DNA of 64,000 nucleotides from Pelomyxa schiedti (Eukaryota > Protista > Evosea). The stretch lies in the NCBI GenBank assembly GCA_020536535.1, contig JAHLWZ010000870.1, positions 1 to 64,000 on the forward strand, written 5' to 3'. The notes under the pieces were generated by a model, which had not been told where the DNA came from, did not search any database, and was given only the letters and a program-made list of their open reading frames with translations. Numbering within the stretch: the stretch's first letter is position 1; each line of letters opens with the position of its first letter. Shown in pieces: positions 1 through 11,717 of the stretch. The translations under genes and the position numbers were made by a program.

Positions 1-189
1 GGGAAGCACATTGGTGTGTCTGTTGGCCGTTGGCGTGCTGCAAACTGTGTGCACACTGTTTTCCCAGAAAAACGCTCGTTTTTTGATCGTGTGCACACCG
101 AAAAAGTTTGGGCAGTCCCAAGGACCTTTGTCCACCGCGGCGGGCGTGTGACACCGACGCAGGGGAATCACTTACTTTTGGCAGCGGCA

Positions 190-2336
190 ATGAAGAAAAA
201 GAGCAGCCGCAACACGGCCAAGAACAAGCCGAGAAATAATGCGAGTGGCACCGGGGGGTCCAAGCCGAAGAAGACAGGAGATCCGCTCAACAATCCCGCA
301 AAGGTTGCATCTACGAAGAAACCAGTGTCGCAAAAAACACCGCCATCTTCGACTACTACTCCAACAGCAACGACAACGACATCCACATCCACATCAACAC
401 CCACCACAAAACACGCTACCAACGATGAACCGGAGAATTCACACGCCCAACATACGGCGACTCCCGATAGTACGAAAGCGGCCACATCCCACGAAACTAA
501 ACCAGCCAAAACTACAGCAGAAACCACACCGGCACCGACCATGACACCACCACCGACGGCACCATCACCTATTGACGACGATATTATGCCAGACATAGAC
601 CACTCGCCGGCTAAGGAAACACCAACCACAGCCACAACTGGGGCAGAAGCAACGCCACTTGAACAGCACGAAAGATTGCGCGCACTAATTGAGAAGGATG
701 GGCACCCACGTAATGATGAAGGCTGGGCGGTTGTGGACTTCTCTAAGAGTGCTGACATAACGAAACTGTCTTCAGAAAGTACCAGTACTGGGACCTCTAA
801 CTCTACTGCCTCGGCACCTGGTGAAGACAATGTCATCGAAATTGTGTCCGACTCTGTTCGTCGTGACTACCGGCATTGGAAAAAAAATGAGCAGACAGAA
901 CCAACGCAGCAGGGAGATGCTGAAGAAGAGCCATCTGGTGAAGAAGAAGAAGAGGAGGAGGAGGAGGAGGAGGAATCTGAAGAAACCCCCCAAAGTAAGA
1001 AAAAAACGCGATCGCGGAGGGGAGCTCCAAGTTTGGCTGATATGCTCTTCAGCAATTTTGGGTTTGGTGATGATTTTGGTGAGGAAGATGACGACGATGA
1101 CGACGAAGATGCTGAGGAGGACAGTGAAGAAGATTTTGGTGGTACGCTGTAAATAATCGCCTGCACTTGTTTAATCACCACTTGAAATTGCAGAATTTGG
1201 ATCTATTCCTGAAATGTTCTTTTTCCCACCTGGTTCGGAAGACGAGGATGAAGACGATGACGACGACGACGAAGAAGAGGATGAGGAGGATGTCGGACAC
1301 AAGGGAGGCAAAAAAATGACTTGGGAGCAAATAGAACAAATGGCAAGGAAAATCAAGACATGGAATTTGAAAAAAGCACTTGCTTTTATCAAGGAGATTG
1401 GCCAAGGTAGTATTTTCCTTCCTAGAAACTACCATTTTTATTCTGACATTGCGCAATAAAGAACGCTCCGCGACCTATCTGTCCAGATTACTACCCATCA
1501 TGACACAGTCAATGAGCACTGAGGACACAGCTTTATTCATCTATGATTTGGCTGGCAGGAATCCAAAATTATTCGCTAGTATGGTTGATGGCTGTGATAC
1601 AAGTACAGTTCCTTTCTCATTATGGTGTTGTCTAAAGGGTCACAAAAAAGAGAAGCCCAAAAATAAAAACTTCGTCTCGATATTTGGAGCAACACGTAAA
1701 GCACTCGAAAAAGTTGCCACACTGATACTCACTATCATGTAATCACGGTTACAAATTTACATTCTTGTTTACAACGACACAGTGAACTGGAGTCCTGGGA
1801 GTTTGCAGAAACTTGCAGTAATATAGAGGCTATTTTCCAGCAGTGGAGAATGACTTTTGATGATCCAGCATGCCCAGTTATCATTGGAAAGCTTATTGAG
1901 GCTTGGCCTTTTGACCAGGTACGTTCCCTTTCCATACTCATTTCGTAAGAAACTCTTCAGGCGCTACTGTTTCTCTATGGGCTGAGTCGCAACGAAAACC
2001 CTTCCTCATGGAGTCCTGCTCTAGACAATTTCTTCTTCAGGTTTTGTTGATGAAATCTTATCCCCCTCGATAACTGTTTTGCTTAGGCTGACCGAATCAT
2101 GGAGTAGTGCGGAGAGGGCCACACTGGCCAAAGATATCAAAAAGAAGTGGCCGTGGAAAGCAGCCGTAACTGACAAGGCTTTTGAAGTACTATCTAAACC
2201 ACAGACAAAGAAACCGGCCCCAGCCCCTCCAAAGAACGCTGTAAGCTCTCCTTTGGGGCTGTAAATACTTTTAACCTTTTACTTCCAGAAGCCACCCCCT
2301 CCAAAGAAACCGGCAACAAGAAAACGCAAGTCGTAG
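190..2336 (+). CDS. Hypothetical multi-exon protein (Lys/Thr-rich, acidic N-terminus; helical C-terminal domain)
   Basis: ATG 190 (MKKKSSRN). The frame continues across GT-AG introns (e.g. 1142-1193, 1407-1461) to TAG 2334-2336. Basic C-terminus RKRKS resembles an NLS. Confidence 0.6.
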
Positions 2337-2434
2337 TACCACAAATAGAGCTAGTTCCGCCAACCCTAAAGCAAGTCTAAAATCTAAAGGTCTATCTTAC
2401 TGCAAAAGAAAATAGAAAGAAAAAAGGAAAAACA

Positions 2435-4439
2435 ATGAGCGGAAGGAGAAGGGGCCGGCAGCAGCCACAAAGATACGGCAGGAACGACGACCGTGCAACC
2501 AGAGGATCTCGACAGTCGAGATCCAGGAGCACTAGTACCGACGGCGACGCCTTCGGGGGCTGGTCGTTTAACGCCACCAGTAGTGGTACAACTGCAACGT
2601 CGTCGACTGCGCCTTCGTCGTCGTACGGCGATCTGCCGCCGGCGGAGGCGTTTGGCTTTGGGACAGAGTGGAACAGCGATTGCGCGAGCGCGACGGGGAG
2701 AGACGGCTCTGGCGATGCGTGGAGCACGTGCGGGGGGATCACGGCGTGGAACACTTCGTGGGACGTGGAGGAGGACGGCGCCGATGCACTGGGAGGAGGT
2801 GTGGTGAAGAAAGAGCGCGTAGACGACGACGGCGGCGCGTTTGGCGGCACCCGCGGGTTCGCGGCGGCGCCGCCTCGGCTTGTGGACTCTGGGATTAAGA
2901 TTGAAAAGACTGGACAGTCTCCTACGCCTGTGGTTGTAGGGGCTACGCCGATAAAAGAATGTGGGGGGGACTGCGTGGGGAATACGGCTGAAGGGATGCC
3001 GAAGAAGGGAGTGGTATCTGGTGTAGTGGAGGGAAGCAGCTGTGCGCGCTCTAGTCTTGGTATTGGAATGACATCAACGGCGGCCTTTGCTCCTTTTGCA
3101 TATGAAAGATATTCTGAGACTCATGACGAATTGGCAATCAGAAACGATATGTTGCACAATGCTTTTTCCGCGGTCTCTGGTGTGCCCTTTTTCTTTTTCT
3201 TCGTCCTTCCTCATAGCTAACGCACAACCCTCAATTTTTCTTCTTACTCAAGAATCTATGGCTCAATAGAGTTGGAGCATATTCCCTTCTTTGGGGTTAG
3301 CTGCCACATTGCATACCGGACACAGGGTAAATTCGAAGTTAAATATTATTATTATGTTGTCCCATACAGTCATTACTTTATTTCCTCTTAACCGATCCGT
3401 ACATAGCTGGGTACATTCCAATCGAAATTGGGATATGTGCATTCACTATAAGTAAAGAGTTAGAGGAAGAGCCCCACCACACCTTTTTTTCCTACATTCC
3501 CATCAAGTCTTCACACTTGTCAGAAAGGTAATTTCATTTAATTGTGTGAATCTAAGGAACTCTCACATTAGGCAAAACGCAAGTTTGGAGGGGAGATCAC
3601 GCAGAGTTCATGGGATTCCCATTAAAGAACCGTTACCTTCCCCTCCTTTTTTCTTTTGTTACTCAACCTGATTTAGTGCTGCAGACAACTATAAACAAAT
3701 TTGGAATAGGTTAACTGACTTTCTTCAGGAGTTTACCTGCAAAGATGGCCTCAGACCCGTTTTTGTGGCTGTATGATGCAAAAAATTTGTCATTGATTAA
3801 TGTGATTTCCCAGGCAACACTTTTCCCTGATGTATACCCTGAGCAATCTGCCCCAGTATGCGAGTCCTGTATTTCGTGGCTTGCAAGGCAAGCAGGAGAA
3901 GATTCAAATACTTTTCAAGGTTACTTGTTTAAAACAATTTTATTTCACTAACATCTGTCAAAGGTTCCTTTTTCTCCATCGATGAAGTAATATACACAAT
4001 ATTACATGTACGAAAAGTCTCGATGACAGGAGAGCAGGTTCGAGTTTCTGTCAACTCATCTGTTAGACAAACAGTACAATAGATCGAGTGGGAGACTGAA
4101 AACCACATTAGCGTAAGTAAGAAGACCGATTTGGTGGGTGCATGTGACCTGCATCTTCGATGCAAGAAGCCATGTGCACTGTCACGAGCCAACAATGTTG
4201 CGCAAATTGTGTATTCCCTCTTGGCACAGTACCCAGCACCTCCCACATTGGATATAGACAACTTGGCTTCAGCAGTCATCCAGCAGTATAACCCAGAGCT
4301 GGCTATAAACAGTATCAACAAAGAACGAGAAACAACAACAGACCAACCCAGACACAATACCAGAGACAGGAGTAGAGATAAGGGAAGAGACAGATCAAGA
4401 GATAGTGACAAAGAAAGAGGGGGACCCCACACAGGTTAG
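2435..4439 (+). CDS. Maelstrom-domain (DnaQ-H/RNase H-like) protein
   Basis: Spliced product contains GYIPIEIGICAF (~3408-3445), VHGIPIKEP (~3606-3632) and ACDLHLRCKKPCALSRA (~4140-4190), matching the E...H...CxxH...C pattern of MAEL domains. Confidence 0.65.
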
Positions 4440-4526
4440 ATGAGTTTTGTTGTACAGAAAAACATGTGAATCTTTTCCTTTGTAAAAAAAAAACGAAGAA
4501 AATAAGCACAAAGCAGTTTCTCTTTA

Positions 4527-5520
4527 ATGAGTACGACGATCAAGGCACTGGTGTTTGATGTTGGGGGAGTCCTTGCCCCCGACCTGAATACCACTGTTGG
4601 TGGCATGATTAATCGCTTCCCTGTAATCACTGAACCTGAGGTGTTTGTCTGTCATTCACATACAACGAACTTTTTTGTTTGTTGTACCACCTGTGCCATA
4701 ATCTAGCATAATAAGGCAATATTGTGAAACCAACACACACGTATAGCTTCTGTTATGGCTGCGTGAGGCATGGATTTTGTTTGATAGGAGTGGGAGTGAT
4801 GAATTGGCACAGGAGCAGGAACTAGCCTTCTGGGCTACCTTTACGAAAAAGTTTGCATCCCGTTTACCTGGAACTGCTCCAGGTTCGGATTTACTTCGTG
4901 CCTGACACACTTATTAAACCATTCTGTATCTACAGGAGACATGGTTGGTGCTCTGGAGCCATATGTGGTATTTATTGATGGAATGGAGCAACTTTTAGAC
5001 CTAATTCAGACCCGCAGGCCTGACCTCTTGTTGGGGGTATGGTCCTTTATATCTCATTCTCCGGATTTTGTTGCCTTCTTTTTTCTCGCGTCATCGTTTA
5101 AAATTAATCTTTACATACTTTCACCACTTTCTACCATACGGTGTTGATGAAATATAAAAAGATTTGTTCTAACAATGCATCATTTACCTGGCTTAGAACG
5201 AAAAATAAACTTCATCTCACCAAGTGGTTCCCACAATCCCACTGCGTTCTTTCCCAAGAAGTATGCCAAGTACCTTTTTTTCTCCTACTGATTTTCACAC
5301 TGCACAGGTAGGGGTAAAGAAGCCATCACCTGACATTTACCAGATTGCCCGTACATGTTTCCCTGGCATTTCCGGACCAGAAATATTGTTCATAGATGAC
5401 AAGAAGCTCAATTTAGATGCTGCTGCAAACACTGCCAATTTTCAAGTGTTCCAGTTTCCTACATTCCAGAATGGAGCCCAGGCTCTGCAATCACATCTTG
5501 AGGCACTTCATGTTCTCTAG
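4527..5520 (+). CDS. HAD-superfamily hydrolase (subfamily IA, YihX/ACAD10 N-terminal-like)
   Basis: MSTTIKALVFDVGGVL (motif I), GVKKPSPDIY (motif III), LFIDDKKLNLDAA (motif IV); several short introns. Confidence 0.85.
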
Positions 5521-5616
5521 AGAACAACAACCACTCTAACTCGTACTAAAAAGAAACAATTAACTATACAAATGGTTTTTTCGTTACTATGTTTACAGTT
5601 GGGGTTATGGAGTTTT

Positions 5617-7105
5617 TCAAAAGTGAGGGTCTGTGAGAGTGGGAGAAGGAAGTATGGAACCAGCAAAGAGGCAACCAACACTCTCGGGGGGGATTTCTAT
5701 GGAGGAGGTGGGGCCAAGATAGAGTGAGCAGAGAGCTTCAAAGTTGCATTGTGCTTGGAAACAGTCATCTTGGTTGGTGTCCTGTGGTGTTTGTGGCACT
5801 GATAAATGAAGCGGAATTGGAAGTGGTGAAGGGAGTGACGGCGTTGAAGAAAGGCGCGGTGATTGGCGTGGTGATGGTAGTGGAGTAAGCAGCGGAATTT
5901 GGGGTGTATTTGGACCGGAAATAATGGTGCTCTGGGTTTGCGCCATTTGATAGACTTGGAGTGGTGGAGCACATGGCCGAGGAGATGGCGGCACCGCGTA
6001 TGAGACAGAGGATGAGGTGGCAAGAGGAGGTATTGGTTGTTGTTGTGTCTTGGTTGACTTGGCTTTTTTGGCGTTGGGTGCATTTTCAGGCGGATCGAAT
6101 TTTACGGAAGTTCTCCCAAACAGTGTGCTCTCTAGTACCCATACTTGCCCTGGAGCTCCCTGATTGAAAATCTCCTCAGGGAGTTGAATGACCTAATTTT
6201 GGTGAGATTTAAAGCTGTTCTAGGAAGACTAGAATCTCTTGTACCTTGAGATGGTCCAAACTACAAGTCTGTTTCCTTCTCGAGTGCCTTGAAACTGTTG
6301 TATTGTGTTTAATTTCCCCAAGCGGTAGCTCTCGTATTCCTCGCATCTCTAAACAGTTCCATAGTTCTTCCGGGGTTTTGGGAGGGGCAGTTCCGCACAT
6401 CTGGTTGGATCTCTCAGTGATATACCTGGCCTCACCCTCAAGAGCGGGACCAGCTGAAGAACAGCTGGCTGCTGCTTGGGATTGCATCATTGAAGTTACT
6501 TTCGCCACAGTTTCCTCCATTTTCCTTGAAAATACGATATAGTCATCACATGCTCGGAGCAAAACTCCCAACGCCGGGCAGCAACCATAAGTTTCTTGGT
6601 GTCTCACCAAGTTAGCAGCAAGTCCGTCATGAGTCCTCTTGTGGCACTCGAGATCACTCGCCAAAGACTGGACCAGCATCTGCAATGAGCTGGCCTGCGT
6701 TTCGTAATTGTTTGTAGCATAACACAAGTTTGAAGGAGAGAGCGCAGTTGCATTGGTTGATACTGAAGGAGAGAATGAGGCCATCAAAGCGGCACAACTT
6801 ACAACCGAGTCATCTGTGTGATAGACTCTCCTCGTCACTGGTATTCCCACAATTGAGTTATTTACATTGTTGCTGGTGGTTGTGGTTGTGGTTGTGCTGC
6901 TTCCGTTGGTACAACTAAGAGGGGACGGCTCGTAAATAGCGGCGAAAAGTGAACCGTCGGCCGCAACGTTGTAAATTACGGGACGGCGGTATTTCTTGAC
7001 CGCAGGCGATCTTGAAACGAGACACGTATCCGAGATCTTGTTGTTAGTCTGAACCCCGCACGTAGGACCGCTGTCGCCACGTCGCTGTTGCTTCCCGCGC
7101 GGCAT
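5617..7105 (-). CDS. Hypothetical protein, two exons
   Basis: ORF 6209-7105 joins the Pro/Ser-rich 5617-5994 frame through a GT-AG intron near 6195-6244 (...LDHLK|VIQLPEE...). No recognisable domain. Confidence 0.5.
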
Positions 7106-7397
7106 CTCGCCTCTGATTTTCCTATTTCCTTGTATGTTTTTTGTTTGCTGTTGTCAAGCAAGTTGGTTTCCGAACCAGAATGTCGTTATTTGAAAGTTCC
7201 AACGCAAGTTGCGTTTGCCAAAGGTTTTTTTTTCCCTTGGCGGTGCAGGGTGTATCGTGTTGACGCTTAAGAAGACTCAAACCGATTCAAACGGAAAATC
7301 AATTTTGGGATTAGCAAGTGGTGATTTGTCTTACGCATGGGAGGGGCATGGAATCGTGGAGTAGGCAAGTCATTTGAGAAAAATCGTGCACTGAAGA

Positions 7398-8136
7398 ATG
7401 GCATTCAAGGTTAGAAACCTATGAAGTGACTGCAGTTGATACCCATAATGCTTGCAGAAAGTTCATGCAATTGCGGCTGCGTTGGGCGTATTGGCCGTGT
7501 TGTGTGGGATTGTTGCCCTCTGTTCTCATCATTGGATGATTCACAAAGATGAAGGAAAGTGCGTACTGATGCTTCACTCTTCAGCGGTCAATTAATTTCT
7601 AACATTCTCTGCTTTCTTTAAGAGTGTCATACCTTGGTCTTCTTCGAGTCAAAGAGTGTACAAGTGAGGGGTGCAAGAAAATAGGCATATCCAAGAGCGA
7701 ATATTCTTCCTTCAGTCACGCTGGAAAGGTAATACGAACTAAACCACTAATAGTATCATATAATTCACGTCTGCGTACTTTGTGAAACAAAAATACTGAA
7801 AACAATCCCATAACTCAGATTGCATTCCCGCTACTTCTCATTGGAATTCTCATCACGCTGTTGGCAGCAGGCTACTACGCGCTCAACGCTTTTGGATCTC
7901 GGATGACCAGCCCCGGCGCCCACATGTGCCTCAGTGCTCACGGAATAATAGGGGCCGGCATCATGCTCCTCGCGTGGGTATTATGGGTGGCGGTGGCACC
8001 CCACGGAGGAGGCTGGAAGCTAGGGTTCTCGTTCGTCCTGGCCATCGTCGCCTCTCTGATTGCTGCGGCCTCGTACGGTGTTTCAATGCTCAAGGCAAAG
8101 CAAACCCCTGCGGCCCTCCTGGGCTCCCAGACTTAA
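7398..8136 (+). CDS. Small four-TM protein, claudin/PMP22-like
   Basis: MAFK|KVHAIAAALGVLAVLCGIVALCSHHW... then YLGLL in loop 1; last helix GWKLGFSFVLAIVASLIAAASYG matches the claudin-superfamily TM4 pattern. Confidence 0.55.
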
Positions 8137-8218
8137 CCCCGAAACACCACAGCGCCCCTTGAATTTATTGAAAAGTAACTTTCTGTCATTCTTGGAAAGG
8201 TTATTAGTATCAACGAAC

Positions 8219-9612
8219 ATGGGGGACGAGGTGCCCAAGCAACCTAATGAGCCTAAAAGAGCCCGTCGCGTTTCAAGTTGTGTTGCGGGTGTTGGGCTCA
8301 CTTCTCTTCCTGCCATGGGTGTGTATTTACATTATGGGAGGTGGGACTTAACCCGGGTGTGGTTGTGACAATACTCAATTAGAAAGAGTGGCTTTGTTTC
8401 TGAATCCAGTTGATCTAGTGAATATGGTTAGAACATGTAGCATCTGGAGGAGGGCTATGCTGAGACCAGACGTACTACCTTGATATATCCTTCTTCCCCT
8501 CTGAACGATTTTTACTCTTCAGTTGAATTGTGTCAAGGATTTGATGGCCCCATCCATTGATTTAGTCAATGTTGGTGTACTGGCAAAGGCTGAAAGGTTG
8601 TGGCAGTTCAACGCGGGGCAAGGATGGTACCTTTTTTGGTATTACTTTATGCTCATATGTTGCAGGTTTGTGTTTATGTTGTACTACGTATATAGACTAC
8701 CTAAAATCAAGGACACTCATTTAGCAGAACCAACATCGTTTGACGCTTTAGTGATCACTCTTTTGACTGAACTCGAGGTGACTACTTTCTCTAAATAAAT
8801 AAAATAAAAAACTTTTTTAAAAAGGATGGTTCTTTCGAATATACTGACATTTTAAAATCCATTGCAAATGTGATGGCACACAGGTTTCTGCTACATTCTA
8901 AATATTTTATGCTCAACAAGGTAGGCTTTACATGAATCAGGAGTTGAGGCTGCTGGAAATTCCTCCTGCCGATCTCCCCATTGTAAGGGATATTATACAG
9001 TCTGTGAAAGTGTACTCTGTGGAGCACAATATTGCCTGTAAGTGAAGCCCATTTCTTTTTTTTTTTACCATTCTAATATTTCAAGTTATTGATGACCATG
9101 GTGGATCCACAATGACTGCCATTCTATCACTGGAACGCAACTCGAAGAGGGTTTTATTCCGACAAGTATTTGAATGTGCCATGCCACCAACCACTTACCA
9201 AAGCAGTTTTATTACAACAACAATGAAAACCAGGAGAGATACTGCTATTTTGAGATAATAGAGCCTGTTGATTACGGACGCAAGTACCGGTTGAAATTCG
9301 CCAAAATCGCAGCCGCGCTCTTTTCTACTTTGTTTGATGGTCAATGCCCGGCATCTGAGAATACCCAGGTACTCTCAAGCACAATAAAAATAACACGGTT
9401 TCCTCACACTTCACCAGAACAAAATACTCCGTGCAATCATATGGCCTTGGGGCAGATATAATGAAGGATATTCCGATCACTACACAATCATAGACGCAGG
9501 AGGGGACGCAGGAGCAAAGGTAATACCCAAGGGTGGCGATGGTGATGGTGATGATGAAGATGAGGACAGTGATCACGAGGATGATGACATCAAGTTCCAT
9601 CTGGACCGCTGA
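8219..9612 (+). CDS. Hypothetical multi-exon protein with acidic C-terminus
   Basis: ATG 8219 (MGDEVPKQ). ORF fragments are linked by short GT-AG introns and end DGDGDDEDEDSDHEDDDIKFHLDR-TGA 9612. Confidence 0.45.
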
Positions 9613-9967
9613 AAAAAGATCCACAAAACAAAAACTCCCCACTTGCAACCACCACATCCCCAAAATTTCTACCCCAGGATCTAGTGAAAAAATCCGTCAC
9701 CTATGAAGCCCCGCGAAAAGGAAGGAGGAACTTTTTCAACGAATTGTACTTCCTGATCATCATTTAACCCTTCCTAACTTCTTTTGTCGCTTCGTGCTCT
9801 CACCGTCACAAGCCTCGTTGTTGGGGTGGAATTTCTTAAGAGCTCGCAGTTGTGTGCGGTTGGGTGCTCATTAGGGGACAGAAACAAAAAAACCGCGCTT
9901 GTAGAACGGGGGGAAAAATATACAAACAAGAAAAAGAGGACTAAAGCAAGGACCCCAAAATAAAAGA

Positions 9968-11242
9968 ATGTGTATTTGTGATCCGGCGTATAAGGATGGC
10001 TATGCTGCTGTTGATTGGATTATGACTGCGTTCCATGACTGCGTCTACACCCCAATGGACGAGGCGGCTTTCTTTTTTGGTCTGGCCAACATTGGATTCT
10101 GGTTGTTTGCTCAAGTACTTTCCGACTTCACTCTAAATGTGTTTACTTCTGAATAAAATTTGCCCATTACTCGTTTTTGTTGTCTGATATGGATAGGTTC
10201 TTCCCGCTTCTAAAAATTGTTTACTTGTAGATACCACAAATCATAAGAACTTTCATGGTGAGCAGTGCTGAGGCTATCTCTTTCATTTTCATTTTCACTT
10301 GGTTGACTGGAGATATCACAAACCTTCTTGGATGTGTCCTGACTCAACAATTACCAACGCAGACCTACACTGCAGTTTACTTCTGCATTGTGGATAGCAT
10401 CATGATGTCACAATGGACCTTCTATAACATCCGTGACTGGAGAAGAAAGAAAAAAGCTGCTGCAGCTGGAAACGATGGCAAAGGAGGCGACCCCCCAAAA
10501 CCTGAACCAACACAAAAAACCCCACTCCTCCTGATCCTACTATTTGGCATGGTTGGTCTGAGAATTGTCTCCTCAATCGCACTCTCTCCGCATTCTCTAG
10601 CAACAGCAACAGCAACAACCACATCATTCATTTCCCACACACAACCAGTAGTGCATCAAACCAGAACAATTCTCGGACTGGAATTTGGTGCAGCTGCCAG
10701 TGGCGTAAGTTCAACTTTGCAATCCGCATTATCAAGCATTTTCAGCAATAGCAGCAGCACTGCAGAAGACATCTGCAATGAGGACGTCACTCTCGGTCTC
10801 ACACGCCGCATCCTTGGGGACATTTGCGCCTGGACTTCTGGATGCTTGTACTTCTTTGGGCGTATTCCTCAGATTTACCATAACTGGAGGCGGAAGAGCG
10901 TGGAGGGGCTGTCCCCGTTTATGTTCGCTACTGCGGCTTCGGCAAATATGTGTTATGGATTGTCAATCGTACTCATGAAGATGGATTGGACCTCTGCCGA
11001 GTTTTGGGAGAATGTTTTCCCGTATGTAACAAAACAAATACTAGATAGCAATGAAGATATAAAAAATAAATAGTGGAACAAAATGTGGCGAGAATTACTT
11101 TCTAACCAAAACAACTAGATACATCCTTGGGAGCTGGTTCACAATGATTTGGCAATTGGTGGTTCTCTGCCAGTATATCTACTACAGTGTATGGCTGAAA
11201 CGCCGCAAATACAAACAACTCCAAGTAAATCCAGATTGCTAA
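9968..11242 (+). CDS. PQ-loop lysosomal/vacuolar amino-acid transporter (PQLC2/Ypq-like)
   Basis: WLFAQ|IPQII and FFGRIPQIYHNWRRKSVEGLS (two PQ loops); WLTGDITNLLGC; multi-TM layout. Confidence 0.9.
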
Positions 11243-11717
11243 GAACCCCCACAAGGAATAAACTATTTTTATGTTGCCATCAACACAATACGAAAGTACT
11301 TCGTTTGTTTTCACACCCCAAGCCAGGCTCTAAATTTACCTTTTTCTCCTTGTCGCGTCTACTAATGAGAAGGAAAATCCCGTAAAGTACTGTAATCGCG
11401 TGTCACTTGTGCACATTTTTTGGCAGGCCGACGTTTCTGTGGAACAAAGATGCAGTCTTAGAAGCTTCTCAAAAATATTTTTTTCCTTTATAACTTTTGA
11501 ACGGTAGGCAGTCAAAATATTTAAAAAATAAAACAAAGAAAAAAATCCCGATAAAGAAAAAAAGTAGGCAGACACCGAGGTAGGCGGTCGTGTTTTTTTC
11601 TCACACTTGCGTTGGCAAAAAAAGCGCGTTTATGTTTTGTTGTGATATCGTTCCATGTGTATCTTATTTGTTTTCCTAATGCCCCTTGAACAGGTTTTGA
11701 CTTGATAGACAACGTAA

